64,000 nt of DNA from Candidatus Micrarchaeota archaeon (GCA_016212475.1 JACRGC010000005.1:157-64156), one strand, 5' to 3'. Shown: positions 42,001 through 51,621, counted from the first letter of the stretch. A program made the numbers and translations. Notes: a model not told the origin generated them from the sequence alone.

Positions 42001-45000
42001 TTTGTTGCTGTTCAAATTCTAGTGATACGCAAGCTTCATTGTTGCAATCCTGATTCCCAATTATGCAGGTTTTAGTTGAAGAAGAGCAGATTGTATCGGA
42101 AACCGTGCAATATGGGTCTAAATCACAGCACTTTTGGCCTACGAGTCCGCATGCAGAGCAAATCCCATATGAGCTGTTGACTTGGGGAGTGCAAGCTCCG
42201 CCTTGGCAGTATTTTGTTGGGTCGGTATTGGAGCAAAGCTGGCCCGGTTTGCCAAATGCGCAGGCGGAAGGGCTGGATATGCAATCCTTGCAAATTGGAA
42301 CAACATTCAAATTAGTTGCATCGCAGAACTGGTCGAACTTGCAATTGCTGCACTTCAATTGGTTTGAGCACTCCGAATATGGAACGCAAACGCCAAGCGC
42401 ATCGGAATCCTTGCAGCAAACAGTTGCTCCAACGCATTTGCTATTTGTTGATCCGCAAATTTCCGGGTTTTGGCAGGTTGATTTTGCAACGGTTTTTACG
42501 CACTGCAGATTTTGCGTGCAGGCGGTATTTGGATTTGAATCAGAGTATGGGCAGCACTCTTGCCCCACCCCCCCGCATGGCGCGCACAAATTGTTTGTTC
42601 CGCAGGTTAGGCCGGTTGTACATTTGTTTGCGCCAGGGCAGCATTGCTGGCTTTGAAGACCGCAAATTGATGTGATGCTAGAGCATGTTCCAGCCGATGT
42701 ATCTGTTTGGGAATTGCAGAACTGGGTTTCAATATTGCAAGTTGGCGTGCATTCGCGTATATTTGCAAGAGAGCAGCTATTTGAATTGACGCAGGATTTT
42801 CCACCTAAACCTTGGCAGCAAACCGTGTTATCCGAACAGAAGTAATTTGGGGATCCGCAGGATGTTGGGGATGTGCAAACCCCTCTTGATTGCGATTCGG
42901 ATTTTTCACATCGCATTCCGGCATTGCAAGAATCAATTGTTAGATCCGTATTTTTTCTGGTTGTACAGCAAACCTCGCCAAAATTCCCGCAAGCTGAAAC
43001 CGAAATTGTTTGGTTTTTGGTTGCAACCTTGCACCAAGGGACGCCGTCTTTTTCTAAAGCTAACCCAAGAACCGAATCGATTGGATCCCTGAAAACCTCT
43101 CCTCTTGAAAGCGCCAAGGATCTGAATTTTACAACCAGCCCATCCGCATTTATTCTTGGATCGATTTTGAAGCGGAAAGCAACTTTGGAACTGCCCCTAA
43201 AGGAATATTCGGCGTTCAGCCAATTTAGGGGTTTGAAGGCATCCTTTGCGGAATCAAAATTAACAGTGCATGAAGCGCTTGATGCAAATTGCGTATTTCC
43301 AATCACTTTGCTTGGGAAATTGCCATCAACGGAATAGTTTTCCACATGCGCAATTTCAGAGCCATCAGAACCCAGTAATTGCAAGTATAAGGAATTGGTT
43401 TCAACGGAATCTTTTGCGTAAATGTCAAAAAACAGCAAGTAGCTTGTATCGGAAACAAGAGATGTTGCAGGATTAAAATTAAGCGCGGTTATTTTGTCAT
43501 ACCTGATTCTGCTAACATCGGAATTTCCAAGGCGCGCAAGCGTTACGGTTTCTTCACGAATGCCATTGGCAGGAGCCCTCCAGTTGGAAATTGATGCATC
43601 CTCATAATTTGGCGAGCTGACAACTATTTTGAATTGCTTATCCGATCTTAAGGTCAATGTGCAAACCCCATTTTCAGGATTGCAGCTTGCAAATTTGGAA
43701 TTGTTCTTTTCGTTTTGATAAAAAGCAAAGGCGGAAAATTCGGAAATTGTTTGATTGTCAAAATTCATAGCGGAAATTTTGATTTCCCCCCTTGGGGCAA
43801 AAAGCGTGACATTTGCAAATTCAGCAGGATCCTGCAAATCAACCTGCGAAAATCCGTTGAAATTATCCTTTGATGCGACAATTTTGAAAATCCCCTTGGG
43901 GAAATTTTTGATCAGCAGTTTTCCAGTTGAAGCAACCGTCCTTAAATCATAGGGGGGCATTTGATAATCATCAGAATCAAAAAATGCAATTGTTGCGGCC
44001 AATTTTCGATTATCTTCATCCAAAGCAAGTATTGTCAGGTTGATGGAATTGTTTGCGGTTGCTTTTTGAAGCGAGATTGTTTTTTCAGAAGGTCCGATGA
44101 ATTTTAGGGTTTTTCCTGGCAAATAGCCTTCCCGGAAGGCAGTTGCATAGTAGCCCTTCGCCCTTGAAACGGATGCTTTTAGCTCGGATTCGGCAAGTTC
44201 GGTTTCAACAATTGTTGAATTTTCCAATTCTATTTCCCAAAGCCTAATTTCGGAAATTAGCGGATTTTTGGATTCGTCAATTACCTTGATTTTTGCAAAT
44301 GTTTCATTGGCATTTGTTGTCCCGGCATTTTTTATAAGCCTTAATGGCAAGTTGTTTTTTCCTTCAACCAAAGTTTTTGTTCTTGATAGGGGAGCGTAGC
44401 CATCCGCAACTGCCTTAACTTTTAATGCCGTCCCGACTTTGAAATCGGATGTTTGATAAGATCCAAACTTAGTTGTAGCTTCCTTTAGGAGGTCATTGGT
44501 TAGTGAATCATAAATTTCAAGGTCGGCATCGACTGCGGATCCATCGGAATCATCCTTTACAAGGATTTCAAAAACCGGGTTTTCAGAGGATGGGATAATG
44601 ATTGGAATTATCCTTAAGGTTATTTTTTTGACTTCTCCTTTTTTGGGGGCATAAGTTAGGGTTTTGCCATCATAGCCGGAAAGGGAAATTGCAAGGGTAA
44701 CTTCCGTATTTTCCTTGGCTTGGATTTTTGCATTCCCGGAACTATCGGAATAAACGGAATTGGAAATTATTTCGCCATTCAAGGAATAAGAATATTTGAT
44801 TTCCGCGCCATTTAGGCCCGATCCTTCAAAACTTAAAATAGCAATATCAAATTCCTGCTCTTTTTGTTGAGTTAGGATGATCTTTAGGCTGTTTGAACCT
44901 CGGCCGATTTTGAAATCCCTCTTTTTTTCCTCAAACCCGCCCTTGGTTACCTTGATTTGCGCATCGATATTTTTTGGCAATTTTTCAAACTGCGCAGTTC

Positions 45001-45325
45001 CATCCGCATTTGTTTTGGCGGCAAGAATGTTTCCAGCTGCAACTAGTTCAATTGAAGCATCGGAAAGTGCAACTTCATTTTCATCAAAAACCGTGATTTT
45101 GAGGGAATTTGGGGCCGAATTGTATAGCAGGAATATTCCACCGGCTAAAATCAAAAGCAGAACCGTAAAAACAACCGGAAGCGAAGGGATCCCCTTGTCC
45201 TCGATTGGATTGATTACTGCCTCATACACAGGGATTTTAAGGTTTTTTTCAAGGTAATCGCAAAAAGAATAGTATCCTTCCTCGATATTGCCATAAAATT
45301 CGTTTAAGGATTCCTGTAGCTCCAT
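39014..45325 (-). CDS. Giant membrane-anchored surface protein (2103 aa) with Ig-like and Cys-rich repeats
   Basis: N-terminal TM after 'KGIPS'; CG..(G/Q)..CC repeats; paralogous to 32054-38035. Confidence 0.8.
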   Translation of the reverse strand: MELQESLNEFYGNIEEGYYSFCDYLEKNLKIPVYEAVINPIEDKGIPSLPVVFTVLLLILAGGIFLLYNSAPNSLKITVFDENEVALSDASIELVAAGNILAAKTNADGTAQFEKLPKNIDAQIKVTKGGFEEKKRDFKIGRGSNSLKIILTQQKEQEFDIAILSFEGSGLNGAEIKYSYSLNGEIISNSVYSDSSGNAKIQAKENTEVTLAISLSGYDGKTLTYAPKKGEVKKITLRIIPIIIPSSENPVFEILVKDDSDGSAVDADLEIYDSLTNDLLKEATTKFGSYQTSDFKVGTALKVKAVADGYAPLSRTKTLVEGKNNLPLRLIKNAGTTNANETFAKIKVIDESKNPLISEIRLWEIELENSTIVETELAESELKASVSRAKGYYATAFREGYLPGKTLKFIGPSEKTISLQKATANNSINLTILALDEDNRKLAATIAFFDSDDYQMPPYDLRTVASTGKLLIKNFPKGIFKIVASKDNFNGFSQVDLQDPAEFANVTLFAPRGEIKISAMNFDNQTISEFSAFAFYQNEKNNSKFASCNPENGVCTLTLRSDKQFKIVVSSPNYEDASISNWRAPANGIREETVTLARLGNSDVSRIRYDKITALNFNPATSLVSDTSYLLFFDIYAKDSVETNSLYLQLLGSDGSEIAHVENYSVDGNFPSKVIGNTQFASSASCTVNFDSAKDAFKPLNWLNAEYSFRGSSKVAFRFKIDPRINADGLVVKFRSLALSRGEVFRDPIDSVLGLALEKDGVPWCKVATKNQTISVSACGNFGEVCCTTRKNTDLTIDSCNAGMRCEKSESQSRGVCTSPTSCGSPNYFCSDNTVCCQGLGGKSCVNSNSCSLANIRECTPTCNIETQFCNSQTDTSAGTCSSITSICGLQSQQCCPGANKCTTGLTCGTNNLCAPCGGVGQECCPYSDSNPNTACTQNLQCVKTVAKSTCQNPEICGSTNSKCVGATVCCKDSDALGVCVPYSECSNQLKCSNCKFDQFCDATNLNVVPICKDCISSPSACAFGKPGQLCSNTDPTKYCQGGACTPQVNSSYGICSACGLVGQKCCDLDPYCTVSDTICSSSTKTCIIGNQDCNNEACVSLEFEQQQNCVSGTSLLCDTVKSGNGFIAKSIKSCGSDCKDGKLKIKYAINEVARKYPGTLTINISNILSIVPESLYVQSANRRTLLSANSNIITIQIPDASWLRGEIIAIPSDPSGKVVVSASYSHASSIPPISVRPYLTVQVGTIAPPTKLPNLFSCNSLEIKTVIYNGTTRPVIETSCDKIVFQVDSIFPQDAIPLIAPENLYQFHFGTLANPNLYDSCFDTSDSNGGKAIRYWPIKSANCPLAPIGNSIPSAEFVMNITLLNSGNSQSKTINISITNYTLSSNVKALDFSVINYKSFDSIPKSYYKFNDESYSPIRLVYSLNNRFLASTMNQPDTYYAATYVPQSTYFVMEPTKALILDKSKTASLFSWNSDSKNSIAFYPKTNQSVVAVPTKVFEINSKDPSQASLTEKLISSAYSASSVNLQGLEDAKKECLSAAVADANLAKSNCASPQTDVCISTYENDIEYIQRDYDDGLSDCLQDYSYCKNQCTQSNSQCLNSCSQQNSSCVANQNSIYNSAIAPYAQNRDQCLAKAENNCQYAYDKEYASKSLECGQLYSKDYDYNFAKAIISEFKKLAIDTAMKTAFKRSFENTLYCTKSQPTQEETANPQICRGSADAWLVVKKLTSKTKLSCEFCYDQYAGTYGVPTPENDNVDVCDIRCQPDPQKTCGSDYCAFIDAGENFTDSNGILNTCQDTGTDAVCPYVCQTKSQKQGDFCGDPSRCNCDPDGTYGADSVLGYEFNWENTSNLVEVKISTGILSLSNSDPLKYFVQSSATKPFKFSAVVPLNGNQVFNILTSSAFTLSSGDRVDVSEVLSEEKCSVRQGVFLLETQTTNGVDLYSGTIDSGYFAKLKPLTIDENYPNEQGSGQDYCGSVVACNLFDPTKILSSKGDYVKNNLFSSAKYPASCLTFEWPIVPDLLFNLNYFETADKAKSGTGGFYQPDATQYSNLLQASTYYYIKGTWTRNSFLWKNLFSLAYSRWTSGKITPYKIAKYPDVFSP

Positions 45326-45361
45326 AGGACCCGTATTGGATTATGCAACGCTCTTTTTTAA

Positions 45362-45458
45362 TGACACCTCCAGGGAACCTAGGGTTCCCTTCTCGTGCCA
45401 CGCAGACTTGGCGTCTGCTGAGCCGCATAATAGATTCTGCGGTCGCCCCTACCCTCCT
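45362..45458. repeat. Hairpin repeat element, copy 2 (extended, two extra hairpins)
   Basis: TGACACCTCCAGGGAACCTAGGGTTCCCTTCTCGTG[45 nt]TCGCCCCTACCCTCCT. Confidence 0.8.
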
Positions 45459-45532
45459 ATGACAAAATCGAAATCAGCCAAACAAAAGCAAACCGTTTAA
45501 TAAAGTTGATTTGGTAAGTTGTGCGTTAAGAA

Positions 45533-46978
45533 ATGAAAAGCGAAATCAAGTACGAAAACATCAAAACCACGGAAAGCATCCCCATTCCAAACGATCCCTT
45601 AGAGCAGGTAATTGGGCAGGATGAAGCGGTGAAAATTGCAAAACTGGCAGCCAGGCAAAAGAGGCATTTGCTTCTTGTTGGGCCGCCAGGGATTGGAAAA
45701 TCACTCCTTGCTCAAAGCATAGCATTCCATTTGATCAAGCCAACCCAGGAAATTTCCGTTCTTCACAACCCCGAAAATCCAGAGCGGCCAATTGTTGAAA
45801 TCAAAACATCCGAAATACTAGCAAAGGAAAAGACTTTGGAAAAGCAGCTGGCTGGAAAAATCGTGGATCCAAAGGATGTGCCTTCATTCGTTGCTGAAAA
45901 ACTTGGGTTTAGATGCAGAAAATGCAACTATTTGAGCAAGCCACAGGAAAATTCCTGCCCAAGCTGCGGAACTGAAAAATTCAAGAAGGAATACTCGCCA
46001 TTTGGTGATTTGATCTCGGATTATTTTGCAATTCAAAAAGCGGATAGGGTGCACACCACCAAAATGAACGATGGGGGAAGGGAGGAAATCATAGTTTATG
46101 AAAAATACGGCGAAAAAATACGCGTGCTCGACCAAAAATCACTTGAAAAAATTGACGAGATAAAGCAGCAAAAGCCAAGGAAAATACTCATTCCATCAAG
46201 CCGGAAGAATTTCATAATTGCTACAGGAGCTTCTGAAACCGAACTGCTAGGGGACATACGCCACGACCCATACGGCGGCCATCAGCAGCTTGGCACGCAG
46301 CCATATTCAAGGGTAGTTGCAGGAGCAATCCACGAAGCGCATGAAGGGGTTTTGTTCATTGATGAACTTGGGGCGCTAAGCTATTTGCAAAGGTTTCTTT
46401 TTACAGCGATGCAGGAGCGCAAATACTCAATTGTTGGAAGGAACCCCCAATCTTCCGGAGCTTCCGTTAAGGTAGATTCAGTTCCTTGCGATTTCATTTT
46501 GATTGCTGCAAGCAACATCAACGACCTTCATTTTGTGCTCCCTCCGCTAAGATCCCGGATTATCGGCAATGGCTACGAAGTGCTTTTGGATACGCATATG
46601 CCAGATACGGAAACCAACAGGGGAAAGATGTTCCAGTTCATTGCGCAGGAAATTAGGAAGGATGGAAAGATCCCGCATGCTACGCTTGAAGCTGCGCACG
46701 AGATAATCGAGGAATCAAAAAGACGGGCAAAACTTAACGATGATGCGCCAGATGCCCTAACGCTTAGGCTTAGGGATTTAAGCGGCGCAATTCGGCTTGC
46801 TGGCGATATTGCAATTGATGAGGGCGCGCCTTACATTACACCTGAATTTGTCAAGCTAGCAATTCGGAAGAACCGCAACATTGAAGAGCAATTGAAGGAA
46901 AAATACGGAAGCGTCTGGAGGGCGAATGCATCCGAACTATCAAGGCCTGAAAAGCGGGATTATAAGGAAATCAACTGA
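45533..46978 (+). CDS. LonB-type AAA+ ATPase lacking the protease domain, with a Zn-finger insert
   Basis: QVIGQDEA, GPPGIGKS, LLGDIRHDP, GVLFIDE, PLRSRI, LRLRDL; CxxC..CxxC; no Ser-Lys domain. Confidence 0.85.
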   Translation: MKSEIKYENIKTTESIPIPNDPLEQVIGQDEAVKIAKLAARQKRHLLLVGPPGIGKSLLAQSIAFHLIKPTQEISVLHNPENPERPIVEIKTSEILAKEKTLEKQLAGKIVDPKDVPSFVAEKLGFRCRKCNYLSKPQENSCPSCGTEKFKKEYSPFGDLISDYFAIQKADRVHTTKMNDGGREEIIVYEKYGEKIRVLDQKSLEKIDEIKQQKPRKILIPSSRKNFIIATGASETELLGDIRHDPYGGHQQLGTQPYSRVVAGAIHEAHEGVLFIDELGALSYLQRFLFTAMQERKYSIVGRNPQSSGASVKVDSVPCDFILIAASNINDLHFVLPPLRSRIIGNGYEVLLDTHMPDTETNRGKMFQFIAQEIRKDGKIPHATLEAAHEIIEESKRRAKLNDDAPDALTLRLRDLSGAIRLAGDIAIDEGAPYITPEFVKLAIRKNRNIEEQLKEKYGSVWRANASELSRPEKRDYKEIN

Positions 46979-47026
46979 CACCTATAGGAAACCTAGGTTT
47001 CCCACTCGTGTCGCCTCTCCCTTCCT
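46976..47026. repeat. Hairpin repeat element, copy 3
   Basis: TGACACCTATAGGAAACCTAGGTTTCCCACTCGTGTCGCCTCTCCCTTCCT; its TGA is the Lon-like stop codon. Confidence 0.85.
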
Positions 47027-47033
47027 AATTAGA

Positions 47034-47309
47034 TTACATATCAAGTTTTTCTTCGGGGTATTTCAGGACAAACCTATGGTAGAGGTTGCTTATCAGGCTT
47101 GATAGGATGAAAAATAATAGCAGTATCAGAAACGATGCAAGATATGCGTAGGAGGTATTCTTGCTTATGAATGGGATGAAAATTATCGGTACCCATTTTG
47201 CCTTGAGTGTTTCGATAAGGTAGGAATGTATTGGCACTGGAAGCATTATGAAAAACACGGTCATGAGCGCTTTTCCTATTGTTGGCCTGAGGAATTTTTT
47301 TATATCCAT
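47034..47309 (-). CDS. Small membrane protein
   Basis: Hydrophobic; N-terminus KFLRPTIGK resembles its neighbour. Confidence 0.65.
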   Translation of the reverse strand: MDIKKFLRPTIGKALMTVFFIMLPVPIHSYLIETLKAKWVPIIFIPFISKNTSYAYLASFLILLLFFILSSLISNLYHRFVLKYPEEKLDM

Positions 47310-47314
47310 TTAGT

Positions 47315-47623
47315 TCACGTCTGCTCGTAATAGTAGGAATACGCATCCTTCCTTAAAAGCTTGTAGCAAAGGAATGCGAAGCATGACATTACGTATGCTG
47401 CAACAGAAAAAATTATCGAATAGATTGTTTTGGACCTTTCGCAAACGGATAGGGCATCATATGCGGAGGAAACACACGCGACATCCTTGATTTTGCACTC
47501 GGAACCGTAGTAGCAAGGGATCGAAAGGATCGGGTTTGCAATAAGGAATATTATTGCCATGAATATGAAAAATCCAAGGAGTTTCCCGTAATTTGGTTCC
47601 AGGAATTTTCCAATTGGGAGCAT
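47315..47623 (-). CDS. Small membrane protein with Cys-containing loop
   Basis: KFLEPNYGK start; two TM segments. Confidence 0.6.
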   Translation of the reverse strand: MLPIGKFLEPNYGKLLGFFIFMAIIFLIANPILSIPCYYGSECKIKDVACVSSAYDALSVCERSKTIYSIIFSVAAYVMSCFAFLCYKLLRKDAYSYYYEQT

Positions 47624-47627
47624 TTGA

Positions 47628-48356
47628 TCACACGAATTTTCTTGATATTTCCGATGCCTTTTCAAATCCTTGGAGGACGGTTTCTAGGGAGACTTTCCCT
47701 TCCCGATAAAGCTGCTTATCTAGCATTTTTTCCTTTTTGCCTTCAGGCCATATGCGCCAGGCATTATTTGTGATATCATCGCCAACCAGCAATCTGCCGG
47801 AACTATCCCTGCCAAATTCCAATTTCAAATCAACAAGGGCAATCCCTTGCCTAGCGAATGCTTTTTCCAAAATTTCAAAAACTTCCCTTGTTAGGGCTCT
47901 GATTGCATCGATGTCCTTATAGGTTCCAAGTTTTAGCGCAACGGCATGGTCATCATTGATGAAAGGGTCATGAAGCACATCATCTTTTAGGAAAAGCTCG
48001 AATAATAGCGGATTGAACGCGCTGCCTTCCTTGAATGGCAATCGTTTAAGCAAAGAGCCGGTTGCTATTCTTCTTGTCACGCATTCAAGCGGGATCATTG
48101 TGAGTTTTTTTGCAACCAGATAGTTTTCTTCCGGTGCGGAAACAAAGTGCGTTAGGATGCCGTGCTTTTTTAGGAGTTCAAAGCAATTTTTAGTGGTTTC
48201 CCAATCGTATTTTCCCTTGCCTTTTAGTACATCATGCTTTGCGCCATCTCCGGCTGTGATGTCATCCTTGAAAAATAGGATTGCGTTTTCGGGATTCGTT
48301 GGATCCTGATAGACGATTTTTGTTTTGCCTTCTGAAATTTTTGATCCAAGTTTCAT
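47628..48356 (-). CDS. purC: SAICAR synthetase
   Basis: EGKTKIVY, FKDDITAGDG, IPLEC..R..ATGS, LVDLKLEFG, DKQLYR. Confidence 0.95.
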   Translation of the reverse strand: MKLGSKISEGKTKIVYQDPTNPENAILFFKDDITAGDGAKHDVLKGKGKYDWETTKNCFELLKKHGILTHFVSAPEENYLVAKKLTMIPLECVTRRIATGSLLKRLPFKEGSAFNPLLFELFLKDDVLHDPFINDDHAVALKLGTYKDIDAIRALTREVFEILEKAFARQGIALVDLKLEFGRDSSGRLLVGDDITNNAWRIWPEGKKEKMLDKQLYREGKVSLETVLQGFEKASEISRKFV

Positions 48357-48360
48357 AAAA

Positions 48361-49656
48361 TCACCCAAGGAAAATTATTTCATCCCTCTCCGGCCCAACC
48401 GAAACGGAGGAGATTGCAACGTTTAGTTCCCGCTTGATGAAATTAATATAGTCGATGGCGTTTTTCGGAAGCGCTGAAAGTTTTTTGGTTTTTCCATCCT
48501 TTGCAACTTTTTTCCAGTCTTGATCTTCAAATCCTTTGAACGATTCGTAAACTGGAACTGCGGTTTTCAAATCCTGCGAATACGCGGGGAATTCGGTAAT
48601 GGTTTTTTTGCCGATTTTGTAGTGCGTTGCAACCTTGATTTCAGATAGGCCGGCAAGCACATCAAGTTTTGTTATGTGGATGCCATCAAAGCCATTGAGC
48701 TTGATTGCGCTACGAAGCATTGGAAGGTCAAGCCAGCCAATCCTTCTTGCCCTGCCGGTTGTTGTTCCAAACTCCGCGCCTTTTGTTCGAAGCTTTTCCC
48801 CTATTTCATCATGAAGCTCGGTTGGGAATATGCCATTGCCAACCCTTGAGGTATATGCCTTTACAACGCCTTGCGAAGAAGAAATGAAGGAAGGAGGAAC
48901 TCCAGCTGAAACCGCAGCGGATGCGCAGATGCAATTTGAAGAGGTAACGAAGGGGTATGTGCCAAAATTATTGTCAAGGAATGTGCCTTGGGCGCCTTCA
49001 AAGAGTATTTTCTTTTTCTTTGATTGGAAACTGTGGAGTTCGGATGAGACATCCGTTGCATAGCCTTTTAGAATTTTTGAATACGCCAAGTATTCTGAAA
49101 GTATCGATGCAAATGAAAATTCGGAGGGGATGATTGCGGATGAGAATTGCAAAAGCCTAAGCTTCCTTTCATATTCGTTTTTGATTTTTAGTGTGAGCGA
49201 ATCTTCCAAAATCAGATCCTCAAAACGAAGGCCGGTTCTTGCGGCCTTATCCTCATAGCAAGGCCCAATCCCCCTTTGGGTGGTTCCGATTTTCTTGGAA
49301 TTTTCAGATCCTTCCAGCAAAATGTGCCAAGGCATTATCAAATGCGCCCGCAAATCAATTCCAAGATTCTTTGGCGAAATGGCAATTCCAAGCAATCGGA
49401 GGGTTTCGATTTCGGAAATTAGTACTTTTGGATTTATCACAACCCCCGAAGAAATCAAATTCCGCTTGTTTTTTTGGAAAACCCCCGAAGGAAGCAGATT
49501 TTGCTTGTAGGTGGTTTTGCCAATTTTAACCGTGTGGCCCGCATTGTTTCCTCCATTGAATCTAACAATTACATCAGATTTGCTTGCAAGGTAATCCACG
49601 ATTTTTCCTTTTCCTTCATCCCCGAATTGGGCGCCAATAATTGTAAGTCCTGCCAT
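48361..49656 (-). CDS. purA: Adenylosuccinate synthetase
   Basis: QFGDEGKGK, GGNNAGHT, EGAQG, GTYPFVTSS, EFGTTTGRARR. Confidence 0.97.
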   Translation of the reverse strand: MAGLTIIGAQFGDEGKGKIVDYLASKSDVIVRFNGGNNAGHTVKIGKTTYKQNLLPSGVFQKNKRNLISSGVVINPKVLISEIETLRLLGIAISPKNLGIDLRAHLIMPWHILLEGSENSKKIGTTQRGIGPCYEDKAARTGLRFEDLILEDSLTLKIKNEYERKLRLLQFSSAIIPSEFSFASILSEYLAYSKILKGYATDVSSELHSFQSKKKKILFEGAQGTFLDNNFGTYPFVTSSNCICASAAVSAGVPPSFISSSQGVVKAYTSRVGNGIFPTELHDEIGEKLRTKGAEFGTTTGRARRIGWLDLPMLRSAIKLNGFDGIHITKLDVLAGLSEIKVATHYKIGKKTITEFPAYSQDLKTAVPVYESFKGFEDQDWKKVAKDGKTKKLSALPKNAIDYINFIKRELNVAISSVSVGPERDEIIFLG

Positions 49657-49868
49657 TTTCCCCCCTAAATAGTAGATTAACAATTGCGGTTTTAAACCGT
49701 TTCGGATGAATCGGGGATAGAGGAGATAGCTAAAATTTAACGGATCGAATACGCCGCATTCGTCCATTTTGTTTTGGTTTATGCCCCAATTGTCGAAGAA
49801 CCTTCAAGGAAACACTTATAAAAGCTATATTGCATAAATGGTATCTTCTATTTTGGAGGTAGATTATA

Positions 49869-50054
49869 TTGGTCACAAAGTGCCAGCGCTGCAACCTTGA
49901 AAAGCATTATCTTGAAAATTGCATGGGATGCAAGCGCTATGTTTGCAGGAATTGCCAAAAGGCTAGCAAGAGCGCTAGCAAAACCGTTAGATTGGTTATT
50001 TGCAAGGATTGCTGGGGAAAGATGGAAAAAAGAAGGCCTTGGGAGCAGGCGTAA
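49869..50054 (+). CDS. Small Zn-finger protein (four CxxC)
   Basis: GGAGGT RBS before TTG; CQRC, CMGC, CRNC, CKDC. Confidence 0.75.
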   Translation: MVTKCQRCNLEKHYLENCMGCKRYVCRNCQKASKSASKTVRLVICKDCWGKMEKRRPWEQA

Positions 50055-50098
50055 CTGATTTTTAACCAAACTAATTAGCTAAGAATTGGATGCTGCAT

Positions 50099-51031
50099 TC
50101 ACATATTTCCAGTTGCAAACACAATTAGGAACAAAGCATAAGCCCCAATTAGCACAAATCCATCGCGTTTTGTCAATTTGCCCTTGACTATAACAAAATA
50201 CAAAAGCAATAGGTTTGCCAAAACCGAAAATATTATCAATTTTATTGCAGGCGCAAAGGAAATTTGGGGGTTAATTGCCAGGGATGCGCCAAAAACCAAG
50301 GTCAGGTTCACAATTGAGCTTCCAACTGCATTCCCAATTGCCATTTTTTCTGCTTTTTTCCGAATAGCGCTTATGCTAACGGATAATTCCGGAAGAGTGG
50401 TTCCAATCGATACCAGGGTTGCGCCAATTACGGTTTGGGTTATGCCAAGAAGGAAGCTTAACTTGATTGCATTTTCAACAACCAATTGCGAGCCTAAAAT
50501 GACAATTGAAATGAAAAGGGCAAATTTTGCAAAAGGTTCGAATAGTTTTCCTTTGCGGGCGGGTTTTTGCTTGCGATCAGAGATATCCTTTTGAAGCATC
50601 CACCTTATGTAAAAGGCAAATATAACAAGCAAAATTATTCCAGATATCCTGCCGGGATTGTAAATCACAAACAGGAGGGAAATGGCGCTTGTTGCAAGCA
50701 TGATCAGCACCAGTTCTTTGAGATCTTTTCTTTTGATTGCAGTTGCTCCAAGAACAGCGGCAACCCCAAGAACAAACAAAATATCGCTAATGTTTGCCCC
50801 AAATACATTCCCAACGGATAGGTCGGAGCTTCCTTTCAATGCAGCTGTTATGGAAACAAAGAATTCGGGAAGGGAAGTTGCAGTTGAAACTAAAATAAAG
50901 CCAATTGTGAGTTCGCTAATTCCAAGGGTCCTTGCCAGCTCAACTGCATTTTCGATGCTTTTTTCAGCTGCCTTGAATATGAAAATCAACCCTGTGAGAA
51001 TTAGAATAAGTGGGATTGCAAAATCAATCAT
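50099..51031 (-). CDS. Ca2+/Na+ antiporter (YrbG/CaCA family)
   Basis: Two alpha repeats TSLPE..GNVFGAN and GTTLPE..GNAVGS. Confidence 0.92.
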   Translation of the reverse strand: MIDFAIPLILILTGLIFIFKAAEKSIENAVELARTLGISELTIGFILVSTATSLPEFFVSITAALKGSSDLSVGNVFGANISDILFVLGVAAVLGATAIKRKDLKELVLIMLATSAISLLFVIYNPGRISGIILLVIFAFYIRWMLQKDISDRKQKPARKGKLFEPFAKFALFISIVILGSQLVVENAIKLSFLLGITQTVIGATLVSIGTTLPELSVSISAIRKKAEKMAIGNAVGSSIVNLTLVFGASLAINPQISFAPAIKLIIFSVLANLLLLYFVIVKGKLTKRDGFVLIGAYALFLIVFATGNM

Positions 51032-51143
51032 GTAATCCCAATTAGTAAGTCAAATAGGAATAAAATGGTTGCTTTGGGCTAATAAAAAAAATAAGGAGGA
51101 AATAAATAAGTAATGAAAACAAGAACCCCTTAAGAAAAACCAA

Positions 51144-51536
51144 TCATAGCAAAATGGCATTCACAACCCCGTGCTGAGATGGCCTGCTTGTAACCCTTGC
51201 CTTTCCGGCTTCGGTTTCAAGGATTGCGCCCTTTGTGATGACGTTTTCGGATGCGTAGTGCCGATTTGCCGGGCTTTCTGAAACCGTGATGATTTTTACT
51301 TTCTTGATTGTTTTGTCCTTCAAAACAACATTTGCAAATTTTGAGTGCTTGAGTTTTACCTTGATGGTTCCGCCCTTCCCTTTTTTGACTTCGCGGATTT
51401 CATTTTCTGCGTCTTTGTCAAGCTTTGGCTTGGCAAAAAAACCGCCGTAATTGGCAAGGATCTTGTCGCGAGTAACGCGCTTTTTGGCTCCAGTTCCAGA
51501 ACTTTTGGTCTTGAATGAAGCGTGATATTGTACCAT
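51144..51536 (-). CDS. rps8e: 30S ribosomal protein S8e
   Basis: 'ITKGAILETEAGKARVTSRPSQHGVVNAILL'. Confidence 0.96.
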   Translation of the reverse strand: MVQYHASFKTKSSGTGAKKRVTRDKILANYGGFFAKPKLDKDAENEIREVKKGKGGTIKVKLKHSKFANVVLKDKTIKKVKIITVSESPANRHYASENVITKGAILETEAGKARVTSRPSQHGVVNAILL

Positions 51537-51621
51537 GTTGTTGCACCTCAATATACATAAGCATTAATAATTTCCAAGGCGTACTAGCCTTATGCTTCAA
51601 ATTTACTGCCTAAATAGCAAT

